In this document: positions 55,773 through 64,000 of the stretch, in pieces | Layout of the letters: every line of letters begins with the position of its first letter | Position numbering within the stretch: the first letter of the stretch is position 1 | Source of the DNA: a virus | Taxonomy: Duplodnaviria > Caudoviricetes | Length of the DNA stretch: 64,000 nucleotides | Direction: 5' to 3' (one strand) | IMG/VR virus record: IMGVR_UViG_3300033066_000778 | Coordinates: 89,959 to 153,958 of that record | The notes under the pieces: generated by a model | The model's input: only the letters and a program-made list of their open reading frames with translations | Told to the model about the DNA's origin: nothing | The model's database searches: none | Translations under genes and position numbers: made by a program

Positions 55773-56109
55773 TTTGGTCCTTTTTCGCTTCTGAAAGAAT
55801 GCGTCTTAGATTTTCCTCAACTTTAAATGGTGTATTTTTACGGCGTTTACGTGCTACGTCAGCGTAAGCATTACTAAGAGCGTTGGCAGTATCACCAAAA
55901 CGTTCGTTACCGCCCTTACTATTATACCACCGCATTAAACGTCCTTGCTCTTTACGTACCTCCTGGTCTTTAGCCCTTAGTGTCGGGGGTACTTCTTTCT
56001 CGTCATCGGGGTCATCTGCGGCACCGACAGTAAAACCGGGTTTCGGCTCATACTTTTGTCTATAAGTCAAAACTGCATCTGAGTCGATAATCGGGTACTT
56101 AATGGGCAT
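55765..56109 (-). CDS. hypothetical protein with C-terminal ILSE motif
   Basis: 114 aa. Confidence 0.6.
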   Translation of the reverse strand: MPIKYPIIDSDAVLTYRQKYEPKPGFTVGAADDPDDEKEVPPTLRAKDQEVRKEQGRLMRWYNSKGGNERFGDTANALSNAYADVARKRRKNTPFKVEENLRRILSEAKKDQNV

Positions 56110-56181
56110 AAAAACAGAATCTCCCGATTATTATTTCGGGAGATTCAAGGTAAACTTAAAAACTAATTGTACTTTTAAGGG

Positions 56182-56544
56182 TCAGGTGAGCTTTTCCTCC
56201 GCTATCCCATCTCCAGTTGAATATACAATTCTTGTTATACGGGTCTTTTTAATAATCTTCATACAATCCTTACAGGGCCTTGCCATCTTAAAGTCTCGAC
56301 GTGCTACATAAAGAGTAGCCCCGTAAGGAATGTCATAGACCTTACGTATGGCATCCATTTCAGCATGAAGAGTATAGAGCATCCCGTAACGAGTAAGAAC
56401 CTTATCCAAACTAAGGCTCTTATTATAACCACTGGAAACAGGTCTTTTATCTACAACGAGAACTGCTCCAAGCTTATAATGACATTGGCTGGTGTTAGCT
56501 AGATCCTCTGCATCTTTAATGTATACTTTATCTATGTTTCTCAT
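56182..56544 (-). CDS. CMP/dCMP-type Zn deaminase
   Basis: LGAVLV...GYN...HAEMDAI...ARPCKDC. Confidence 0.85.
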   Translation of the reverse strand: MRNIDKVYIKDAEDLANTSQCHYKLGAVLVVDKRPVSSGYNKSLSLDKVLTRYGMLYTLHAEMDAIRKVYDIPYGATLYVARRDFKMARPCKDCMKIIKKTRITRIVYSTGDGIAEEKLT

Positions 56545-56776
56545 TTTAGTACGTCGCGGAGTCTCCGTACGCAAAGATTTACTATTTCAGTTACGTAAAA
56601 GTTACTTAGTTCTCTAGTCGGAAACCTTTTTAGTAAAGACTCCAGTGAGTCACAGCTATTGTTTATCTGCGCCGTTATAGTGTCTACCTTCTTCTGAAGG
56701 TCTAGAACCCTTGTACATACGTTTGTATTTCCCTGTTCTTTATAACCGCTACCACAGAAGTAACACACTGGAGGCA

Positions 56777-57805
56777 TTACATACTCGTTTCATCTTCAGG
56801 GAGATAAAGGTCATCCTCGTTCCTTTGCCTGAAGTAATACCGGATTTGGTCTCTTAGTTTGATACTGCGGTCTTCATAGCGATCTTCTAATTGAAGGAGT
56901 CCTTGGTGATCCTTCTTGATATCAAGAATAGGGTCAAACTGGTTCTCCGTCAAGATCTTCCATCTATCCCAATATTTCCGATCAGACTTACGACCATGCC
57001 AGTAGTGGAGAAGTAGACCAGATACATAACCAATGTTCTTTCTAATATATAGTAGACATTTGCGCTGATACTCCATTACAGCATCACCGTAATTAGAATT
57101 CATATCTGGATGGTAGGAGTACTTACCGTCACCAACAAGGCATTTAGCTATTGTGTTATCTCCTGCCCCTAGGATGGCAATCTCGAACAGACCGCCGATA
57201 GCATCAATAGCTTCCCTTCGTGCCGCCCAGGCGAACCCAGGGTGCCAAGTAAGGATGTTATCCGAGGGTTGTGCCTTCGGGAAGTAGTAGCCAGGAACCT
57301 TGGGCATCGGAATCTGATTGCGGTATGAATAGACAAAGCCCATATGACGAGCAAATGGTTCATAGTCAGGAGAGAGATCCTGTGCTTCAGAGAACATTTG
57401 AACTACGTCATAATGCTGAAGCTGCTGAATGGTTTCTCCTACCCAATCAGGACGGGTAAAAAACACATCGGCATCAACCCAAGCTACGTACTTCCAGTCA
57501 GATGGAAGCCTTTGGATAGCAAGGTTAATAAGGTTTTCTTTAATCCAAAGTTCTTTACGTGTCCTGACCTGTAGGTGCAATGGGTTATTAGGCTCTGTAA
57601 TAGTAAAGAGCCTTTCACCAAACGCACATTCTACAGTATGTAGAATTGCTCCCGAGTCTTCAACTTGTTTCTTAAACTTTTGATAGAGAGCCCATCGGGA
57701 ACGGAAACGAACAGGGTTAAAAACCACTGCAATAACATGCAATGGCTCAAGGACTTTGTCTGGCCTGACGAAATAGTTATTTAACTGCGGTAGATTCTCG
57801 ATCAT
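56777..57805 (-). CDS. glycosyltransferase-like (GT-A, DxD) protein
   Basis: LWIKENLINLA...YVAWVDADV...GFAWA...GAGD...HYWHG. Confidence 0.65.
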   Translation of the reverse strand: MIENLPQLNNYFVRPDKVLEPLHVIAVVFNPVRFRSRWALYQKFKKQVEDSGAILHTVECAFGERLFTITEPNNPLHLQVRTRKELWIKENLINLAIQRLPSDWKYVAWVDADVFFTRPDWVGETIQQLQHYDVVQMFSEAQDLSPDYEPFARHMGFVYSYRNQIPMPKVPGYYFPKAQPSDNILTWHPGFAWAARREAIDAIGGLFEIAILGAGDNTIAKCLVGDGKYSYHPDMNSNYGDAVMEYQRKCLLYIRKNIGYVSGLLLHYWHGRKSDRKYWDRWKILTENQFDPILDIKKDHQGLLQLEDRYEDRSIKLRDQIRYYFRQRNEDDLYLPEDETSM

Positions 57806-58217
57806 AGTTTCCTTTAGAGGGCCAGTAGTAGTTTATTTGTGGCTGTTCTTTCCACCCAAACTGTGAGTAATATTCGTTTAGTTTAAACAGGAGAGCGGCT
57901 CTATGGGAAGAGTGATACCTCTCGTCACCAAGCCACGATGGTAGTTCAATTTCAGTACCTGCGATATCAAAGAGAGGAAGGTTGTTTACCATACCTCGTT
58001 GGATGCACTCAAGAGTAATAGTATTGAAGTAAAGTTTAAGTGCTGGGGTATAGCCCTTCCACTGTAGGACTGCCGGATGGTTTTTCCATCCTTTAGCTTG
58101 CGGATTCTCCAACACATTTAGGATTTGGAGTGCTTCTTTCTTTTGGCAGTTAAGACGTTTGTTATCAAGGTAAGATGCGGTAAGATAGAAAGAAGGATCA
58201 GGAAGAAACGTCTGCAC
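57777..58217 (-). CDS. pyrimidine-dimer DNA glycosylase (DenV/MSMEG_6728-like)
   Basis: QTFLP...LDNKRL..Q..EALQI...NHPAV.QWKGY...PSWLG...SHRAALL.K. Confidence 0.85.
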   Translation of the reverse strand: MQTFLPDPSFYLTASYLDNKRLNCQKKEALQILNVLENPQAKGWKNHPAVLQWKGYTPALKLYFNTITLECIQRGMVNNLPLFDIAGTEIELPSWLGDERYHSSHRAALLFKLNEYYSQFGWKEQPQINYYWPSKGNYDRESTAVK

Positions 58218-58482
58218 TATCCAACTCCGCATTGTCAGCTACGAAGTAAAAGAATTTACAGTACTCAAGAAGTTTTGCTGAATTAAACTTTGCTATATAC
58301 TGGGATACCATTAGGTCAAGAAATAGCTGCTGCTCTCTTACTTCTGCCTCGGTGGAGGCGCGAAGTGTGTCTATAACAGGTTGAGTAAGTTCTCTCTGTA
58401 GAATCTTAAAGAGATCCTGATGAGTATAAACAGGAATTTCCTCGATAACTTTTTTTACTACTTCTTTTTTTACTAGGCGCAT
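58198..58482 (-). CDS. hypothetical protein, paralog of 60558..60788
   Basis: EEIPVYTHQDL vs EEIEIYTKQEL. Confidence 0.6.
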   Translation of the reverse strand: MRLVKKEVVKKVIEEIPVYTHQDLFKILQRELTQPVIDTLRASTEAEVREQQLFLDLMVSQYIAKFNSAKLLEYCKFFYFVADNAELDSADVSS

Positions 58483-58803
58483 CAGATGAACTCTTTCTTT
58501 CTAAGAGCTTTAAGCTGCTTCACAATGTTATCTACCATGTTTTGATTACAACGAGCAATAAGAATGTCATTTACTTCTTTGGCGTTCTTGCCTTCGGGAT
58601 CTTGCTCATAGTCTTCATGAAATCCTACATTGGTTTTGATGTAGGCATCGTCTATTTTAAGAGTAACGCCAACCTCGACTATACATTTTGCCATATACAT
58701 TACCTCCAATTAGGTGGTACAAATGTGCGTCCAATCATCACGAAAAACAAGAAGGTTAATACAATTCCTGTTACTAAACCTACGAGGAAAGATGCGATCA
58801 TCG

Positions 58804-59109
58804 TCATTCATCTTCCTCGAACACACAAAACACTTCGTTTGCGTAGATGATCATGTAAAGGGCTCCATCTACCATAAACCGAGTACCAGCGAAACGTCCT
58901 AAGAGAACTTTATCTCCTGGCTTGACGGTCGGTGGGGGAAGACGCTTTGTTGACGTTAGTCGTCCTTTACCAACTGCTATTACGATACCTGTAATATAGT
59001 TGTTGTCCGTAGACGTAACCGTAGCAGGAATAATGATCTTCCCGGCTTTTCTTTCTTGCGATGAGGGGACACGAACTAAAATCTTATTGTGCAGTGGTGT
59101 TACTTGCAT
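58804..59109 (-). CDS. groES: co-chaperonin GroES/Cpn10
   Basis: PLHNKILV...IIIP...GIVIAVGKG...VKPGDKVL..FAGT. Confidence 0.9.
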   Translation of the reverse strand: MQVTPLHNKILVRVPSSQERKAGKIIIPATVTSTDNNYITGIVIAVGKGRLTSTKRLPPPTVKPGDKVLLGRFAGTRFMVDGALYMIIYANEVFCVFEEDE

Positions 59110-59357
59110 TAAGCTCTCTTTTCGTTACAACGTCAATAAGGGAAGCGAGGAAGTCACGGCTTGAATCTGATAGCTGTCTTGAAGCTAAGGCTTCATTAAG
59201 CTCTCGAATGATTATTTCACGTTCGATATTAGTAAAAAACTCCCAATAATTCTTACAGATCGGTTCAAGATCATAAAAAGCGTAGGAATCTCTTGAGAGA
59301 CAGTAGCGTACGGCCCATAAGCCTAAGAGCTTAACAGCTTTTTCTAGTTTTCTATCT

Positions 59358-59771
59358 TTATATTTGTTCATTTTTCTTCTTTTCGTACGTACGTAACATG
59401 TCTAATGCTACAATACCTACTTCACTAGTTTTTCTTTCGGGATCACAGCCACAAGCTTGAAATAATTCAATAAAACCGGGGTCATCTTTGAGTATATTAA
59501 AGGATATACAGCAGTATGCTCCGCTAAGCTGACCCTTATGAGCAAAACCACACCAACATAATTCATCTGGAGACATTGCCATACAGGAACGACCACAATC
59601 CGAACAACGGTAAATGGGATTTCCACCTGTTGTCATTCCGTTACCTGTTACGCAGCGAAGGATTCTACCACCACAAGCTCGGCAAAGATGGTCTTCAATT
59701 GCCCATGTCCTTTTAGGAGTTAGCATCCGGGTATTCTCCATTTGTAGAAGAGGAGGCGTATCTAAATTCAA
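59358..59771 (-). CDS. Cys-rich hypothetical protein
   Basis: CRACGGR, CSDCG, CWCG. Confidence 0.6.
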   Translation of the reverse strand: MNLDTPPLLQMENTRMLTPKRTWAIEDHLCRACGGRILRCVTGNGMTTGGNPIYRCSDCGRSCMAMSPDELCWCGFAHKGQLSGAYCCISFNILKDDPGFIELFQACGCDPERKTSEVGIVALDMLRTYEKKKNEQI

Positions 59772-60152
59772 TAAGAGTTTTTACTACGTAAATCTTCTTA
59801 CAGAAAGCACAGTTTAACGTAAACTCTTCTTCGTCAACTATACCATCCCGTTCATGGATTACAGCGAAGTGTCTGTCTAGTTTACCACAAAATGGGCAAA
59901 CAGGACCATTATTACTTTCAGTCTTCATCCTCATCCTCACTATATGGCTTTCCACCGCATTCTTCAAGGCATTTATAAGAACAGTAACCTTCACTTAATG
60001 GATGTAGCTCACGGTCATAACCACAGGAACAACACCAATGAAACGTATTCCAGCAATTAGGATTTTCGCAGTAACCCTGGTAAATATCCTTTGGTGGAAT
60101 CTTTTTACTCCGCATATTGGTAAACTTATAGGGTAGGTTATCCTTGTATTCT

Positions 60153-60461
60153 TCATCCATTAGGACTTTCCTTTTCCTTTAGACAACGGTAAGCTGCCTT
60201 TGCAATAAACTGTATTGCTTCTTCTGGCTCCATACAACCTGCGGCAAACATTTCCGTTCCATACGCTTCTTCATAATACCATACAGGATCTATATAGATA
60301 GAGTCTGGCCCATAGCAAGAATCCTCTTTTTCACCAATGGACATCGACCAATGCTCACCACGAGCCCGAAAATAAAACTTTTCTCCGTTAATTGTACCTT
60401 CACCTTGAACTGGACACATTCCACCTAGTTCTTTGATGATGATTACGATATCACTTGTCAT
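60153..60461 (-). CDS. hypothetical phage protein
   Basis: CPVQGEG....FYFRARG..W motif. Confidence 0.65.
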   Translation of the reverse strand: MTSDIVIIIKELGGMCPVQGEGTINGEKFYFRARGEHWSMSIGEKEDSCYGPDSIYIDPVWYYEEAYGTEMFAAGCMEPEEAIQFIAKAAYRCLKEKESPNG

Positions 60462-61425
60462 CTTTGTGTCTAATCCTGTGTACGATTAACTGTGTTAAAG
60501 ACCCCAAAAGAGCGGCGGCTAAGCAGTAAGCCCAAAAGTATTCTGGCATGTTATCTCCTAATTTTCCATTTCAGCGTTAAAAGGAACAAGATCAAGAAGT
60601 TGACACAGATAAAGAATATCAACCCGATCAAAGTTATCTAGTGCTTTTATGACTTGTTTTTCTTTTTCAACACTCCAATTAACACCATTGAACAATTTAA
60701 CTAGAAAAGTATTTTGAAGTTCTTGCTTTGTATAAATCTCTATTTCTTCGTAAGTAGGAACAGTAATAGGACGACGTATTTTTTTCATTTTACATCCACG
60801 ACATTAAGAACTAGACTATCACCATTACTAAAAAGTAAAACTAGTTTTTGTGCTGTTTTGTCTTTCTCTCTCGGTTCTAGTCTATAGCCCTCCAACATAT
60901 GGCTAGAAACAAGGTGAAAGAGTTCATCTTCAAGTTGAGTCAGTTGAAACATTTATTTACCACAGATGTAACAAGTAGGAATAGCCCATAATGGTTTTTC
61001 TTTTTTCTTCATTAGTAATTCGTTATAGCAACGCTATTATTTGTTCTTACTACAAGAAACCACGAACTCTTATGCTTTCTTCTATCTCAGCGCCAATAAT
61101 TCTTGTTCAGACCTGTTTTTTCCATGTCTTTAAGCTCTTCTTGTAGTCTTGCGATTTCTGCATGAATCGCTTGGGCAGTGGTATTGTACACTTTAAAAAT
61201 TCTTCCTGTTTTAGCATACAATGCTATTTGAACAGGACTTAATTTTCTAAGTTTTTCTCTGCGTTCATAGAAAGCTCTTTTTTTAGCTACTTCGTGCTCT
61301 TCAGCGAGCATTTTGTAGTATTCAGTTTGAGCATTATAGGCTTCTAGCTGGGCTTTCTCAAGTGCAGACAGCACCTTCTTTTTTCTAGGTGGTTTTGACA
61401 TTATTTTACTCCTTCGTTTGTCATT

Positions 61426-61734
61426 TTAGTACTTAGTAACAGTAATTCCGTTGTTTGTTTTGACAACAAGAAACCACGAACTATTATGCTTTACAATAGT
61501 AAATTTCATTTCACTATGCTCAAAGTCTTCAAACGTTATGTCTTGTTTTACAGGAGCAGTATAAGCATCTTGCCAAGAAGAAAGTATAACAAATCCTATA
61601 AGAGTTATAAGTCCTGCTGTAGTAGTTATTGCGAGAGTGGCTAAACAAAACGGGGCAACACGGTCGCTAAGCCAGTCAAGGAAAGCCTCTGACTTACTAT
61701 ATCTTGGCTTATCTTCACTCCAAGCATGTTTCAT
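61426..61734 (-). CDS. membrane-anchored hypothetical protein
   Basis: single TM segment. Confidence 0.6.
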   Translation of the reverse strand: MKHAWSEDKPRYSKSEAFLDWLSDRVAPFCLATLAITTTAGLITLIGFVILSSWQDAYTAPVKQDITFEDFEHSEMKFTIVKHNSSWFLVVKTNNGITVTKY

Positions 61735-62014
61735 TTACTATCTCCTTGTGCCTTGAGGACACCGAAGAACATTTCACATAGTTTCCTAAAGTTTGACCAC
61801 GTCATAACTGGTAAGGCTACACGAACAACGATAGGGAAGGTAAATACGATTTGGTTATCATCAACGTTGACAGTCCACGTATTAGAGTCGTTACCACAAA
61901 CAAGGTTTTCTTCCATCCAAGAAATTTAGTGAAATTTTACCCAAAAATCAAGGGCTAAAAAACAAAAGGGAGATAATTGCTTATCTCCCCCTTAAAAACT
62001 AAAGGTAGGATTAG

Positions 62015-62404
62015 TTATTCTTTCTCTAGGTTTACGTCCTCTCTCGTAGTATCGCTAACGGCAGCACTATACCCATTGTTGTATCCGTTATTATAGCCCT
62101 CATTATACGTATCGAGTAAAGCGTCAACAACCCACATGTAGTTTGTAACAAGGCCATTAGACTTGTCCTTGAACTCCTTTAGAGTATTACCATCTAAATC
62201 CTTGATGGTAAGGACATACTCTTCACCTTGCTTACAAACCGTAATTGTCATTTGTTGGTCTTCACTGACTGCCTTTAGTATAGTATTATCTTCCACTTGT
62301 TCTCCACTTGTTACTTTAAGTATACCAGGGGCTGTTCTATACAACGGGTTAATGTCATTGTTTGCCGGGAGCCATTCTACTTCGTCACCAAAGAGCATTG
62401 CCAT
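62015..62404 (-). CDS. hypothetical protein
   Basis: 129 aa, GYNN repeats; downstream terminator at about 61960-61990. Confidence 0.6.
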   Translation of the reverse strand: MAMLFGDEVEWLPANNDINPLYRTAPGILKVTSGEQVEDNTILKAVSEDQQMTITVCKQGEEYVLTIKDLDGNTLKEFKDKSNGLVTNYMWVVDALLDTYNEGYNNGYNNGYSAAVSDTTREDVNLEKE

Positions 62405-62618
62405 ATTACTTCCTCGCGTCTAGAGCTTCTTGAAGTTCCTTGATCTGTCTGTCACGGGGGAAATACCACCTAACGAAATTAGGTTTCTTTTCTACACTAT
62501 CCATAAACTGCTCTAGCGTAATAGTACAGTTCTCTGGATATACTGCGTGACAAAGAACATCTTGATTCGGGCCATTCTTCATTGGCATATTTTCTAGGTA
62601 AAAAGCTGCTAACATAAT

Positions 62619-63128
62619 TTACTCCTTTGTTACAGGTATGTCTTTAAAGTAAGACAAAGCTTTTGTTGGAAGACCTTCGATACTTGGGTTGATATGCGTT
62701 ATAGAAATACTCTCGTACGTCCCGTCAAGAGTATAGCTGTGTATTCGATTATCTGTATTATATGTAAAAGAAGAAGAGGTAAATTTAAGAATCACATCAT
62801 GTAAGTCATACGAAATGCGTTCTATACCTTGTGAGTCAGTAAGAAGAATCCTTAGCAAACGAGGGCAGAAACTATTACCAGCTAACGTATACGAAAATAG
62901 TGCGTGAGGAAAATCGTAGAAAACACCGACATTTCGTAGAGTAAGAGTAATGTGTTTATCTGCTTTTAAGTCAATAGTTTCCGTCGCAATCCTAAATGTT
63001 TCTGTTTCGCAAATATCGTCATTTGCCGTAGTGATAATTACTTGGTAATTAAATGGCTTTATCACAGTGTCAAAGTTACGAAAAAAATGTAGCATTCCAC
63101 CGTTTGCTAAGGTTCCTTGTATACTCAT
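62619..63128 (-). CDS. hypothetical beta-rich protein (possibly tail-tube-like fold)
   Basis: LLTDSQG...YDL.DV...TY pattern; weak. Confidence 0.4.
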   Translation of the reverse strand: MSIQGTLANGGMLHFFRNFDTVIKPFNYQVIITTANDDICETETFRIATETIDLKADKHITLTLRNVGVFYDFPHALFSYTLAGNSFCPRLLRILLTDSQGIERISYDLHDVILKFTSSSFTYNTDNRIHSYTLDGTYESISITHINPSIEGLPTKALSYFKDIPVTKE

Positions 63129-63133
63129 TTACT

Positions 63134-64000
63134 TTAGGATCCGCATGATCCCCCTTTAGTAAGGTCACAGACATCTGTGAATTCGTAGAATACCTCATCC
63201 TGGTGCTTAAGGGCTGTACTGAAGCGAACAGGAGTAAGGGGTTGACCTCCCCTCGCGCCATCGGGATAGCATGTAATTCCTCTTAGTCTTGGTAGATACT
63301 TCATTAGCATGATACCAAAAGACTGAACAGTACTTTCATTATTGAGTGGATGACCCCAATGCGGAAGGTTAATCGTAGAGCTAATGGAATGATCTACGTA
63401 CTCTTGAACGTGAGCCTGGAAGGATAGTCTACGCTCAACATCCTCAGCGAGGTTATAAGCATCTTCAATACTATCTGGATTAACACCCTTTTCAACAAGA
63501 CGTTTAGCTGTGGGATCAATGACGTATTGGAAGGCATTCATGTCGGAGCCCTTCTTGTAACGCCGCTTGTAAGCAGCACAGAACACCGGCTCGATACCTG
63601 TTGTTGTTTCCGCGATGATACCAATCGTTCCTGTTGGTGCGATAGCACGAGTCTTTACTGGACAGGAGAGATCGTACATCTTGGAGTACTGTAAAGCGTA
63701 ATCACCACTTTGAGCATAGACCTTAAGGTACTCATCTAACTCAGTATCAGCGCCGTATTTCTTTCCTCTTAAAAGTAGCCATTCATGGATACCCATAAGG
63801 CCGAGGCCGAGACGACGATTCTTAGAACGAATTTGGTCTACCTTGGCGTAAGGAACATCGGAGTAAACTGTACCAGCAAGTAGAAATAGTGTTCCGAGTT
63901 CGACGACGCGCTTCATTTCTTCCAACGAGCCAATACGCGCAAGGTTAATTGATCCTAGATTACAGATGTCAGAATCGTCAGCAGAGGATACTTCCGTACA
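63134..64000 (-). CDS. nrdJ: class II (B12-dependent) ribonucleotide reductase, C-terminal part
   Basis: DICNLGSIN, RRLGLGLMG, AIAPTGTI, DHSISSTINLP, RGITCYPDG, C-terminal CxxxxxxxC. Confidence 0.9.
   Translation of the reverse strand, partial: CTEVSSADDSDICNLGSINLARIGSLEEMKRVVELGTLFLLAGTVYSDVPYAKVDQIRSKNRRLGLGLMGIHEWLLLRGKKYGADTELDEYLKVYAQSGDYALQYSKMYDLSCPVKTRAIAPTGTIGIIAETTTGIEPVFCAAYKRRYKKGSDMNAFQYVIDPTAKRLVEKGVNPDSIEDAYNLAEDVERRLSFQAHVQEYVDHSISSTINLPHWGHPLNNESTVQSFGIMLMKYLPRLRGITCYPDGARGGQPLTPVRFSTALKHQDEVFYEFTDVCDLTKGGSCGS

Noticed and set aside
1-64000. Stop-codon reassignment
   Set aside because: Conserved genes (thyX, nrdJ, SNF2, MoxR) are intact in code 11, no suppressor tRNA was seen, and the few breaks are frameshifts rather than in-frame stops.

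Overview
A 64-kb segment of a large, AT-rich tailed-phage (jumbo-phage-like) genome with three transcription blocks: minus strand 1-24066, plus strand ~24270-50124, minus strand 50102-64000. Recognisable genes: a 9-tRNA operon with an rrn-like boxA leader, HNH and Vsr/DUF559-like endonucleases, an intein-containing papain-like (C1) protease, probable head-packaged proteins, a Mor-like activator, ThyX, a DEDD exonuclease, a MYG1 hydrolase, a MoxR AAA+/DUF2201 pair, DUF932, a HARP-SNF2 helicase, a sigma-like factor, a cupin, a deaminase, a DenV-like glycosylase, GroES and a partial class II RNR. The strongest unexplained signals: (1) a tandem array of 22 small CxxC...CSxxC treble-clef-like zinc-finger paralogs (17.8-24.1 kb), with more members and a second family of about 16 at 40.5-50.1 kb; (2) at the strand switch, a GC-rich ~530-nt structured RNA ending in a complete type II hammerhead ribozyme with competing folds, just upstream of the first GC-rich genes; (3) six same-orientation copies of a 14-bp motif antisense to the tRNA T-arm; (4) a long-variable-arm tRNA(UAU) and several non-tRNA structured RNAs in the tRNA operon. 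All calls come from reading the sequence by eye; no database searches were run.
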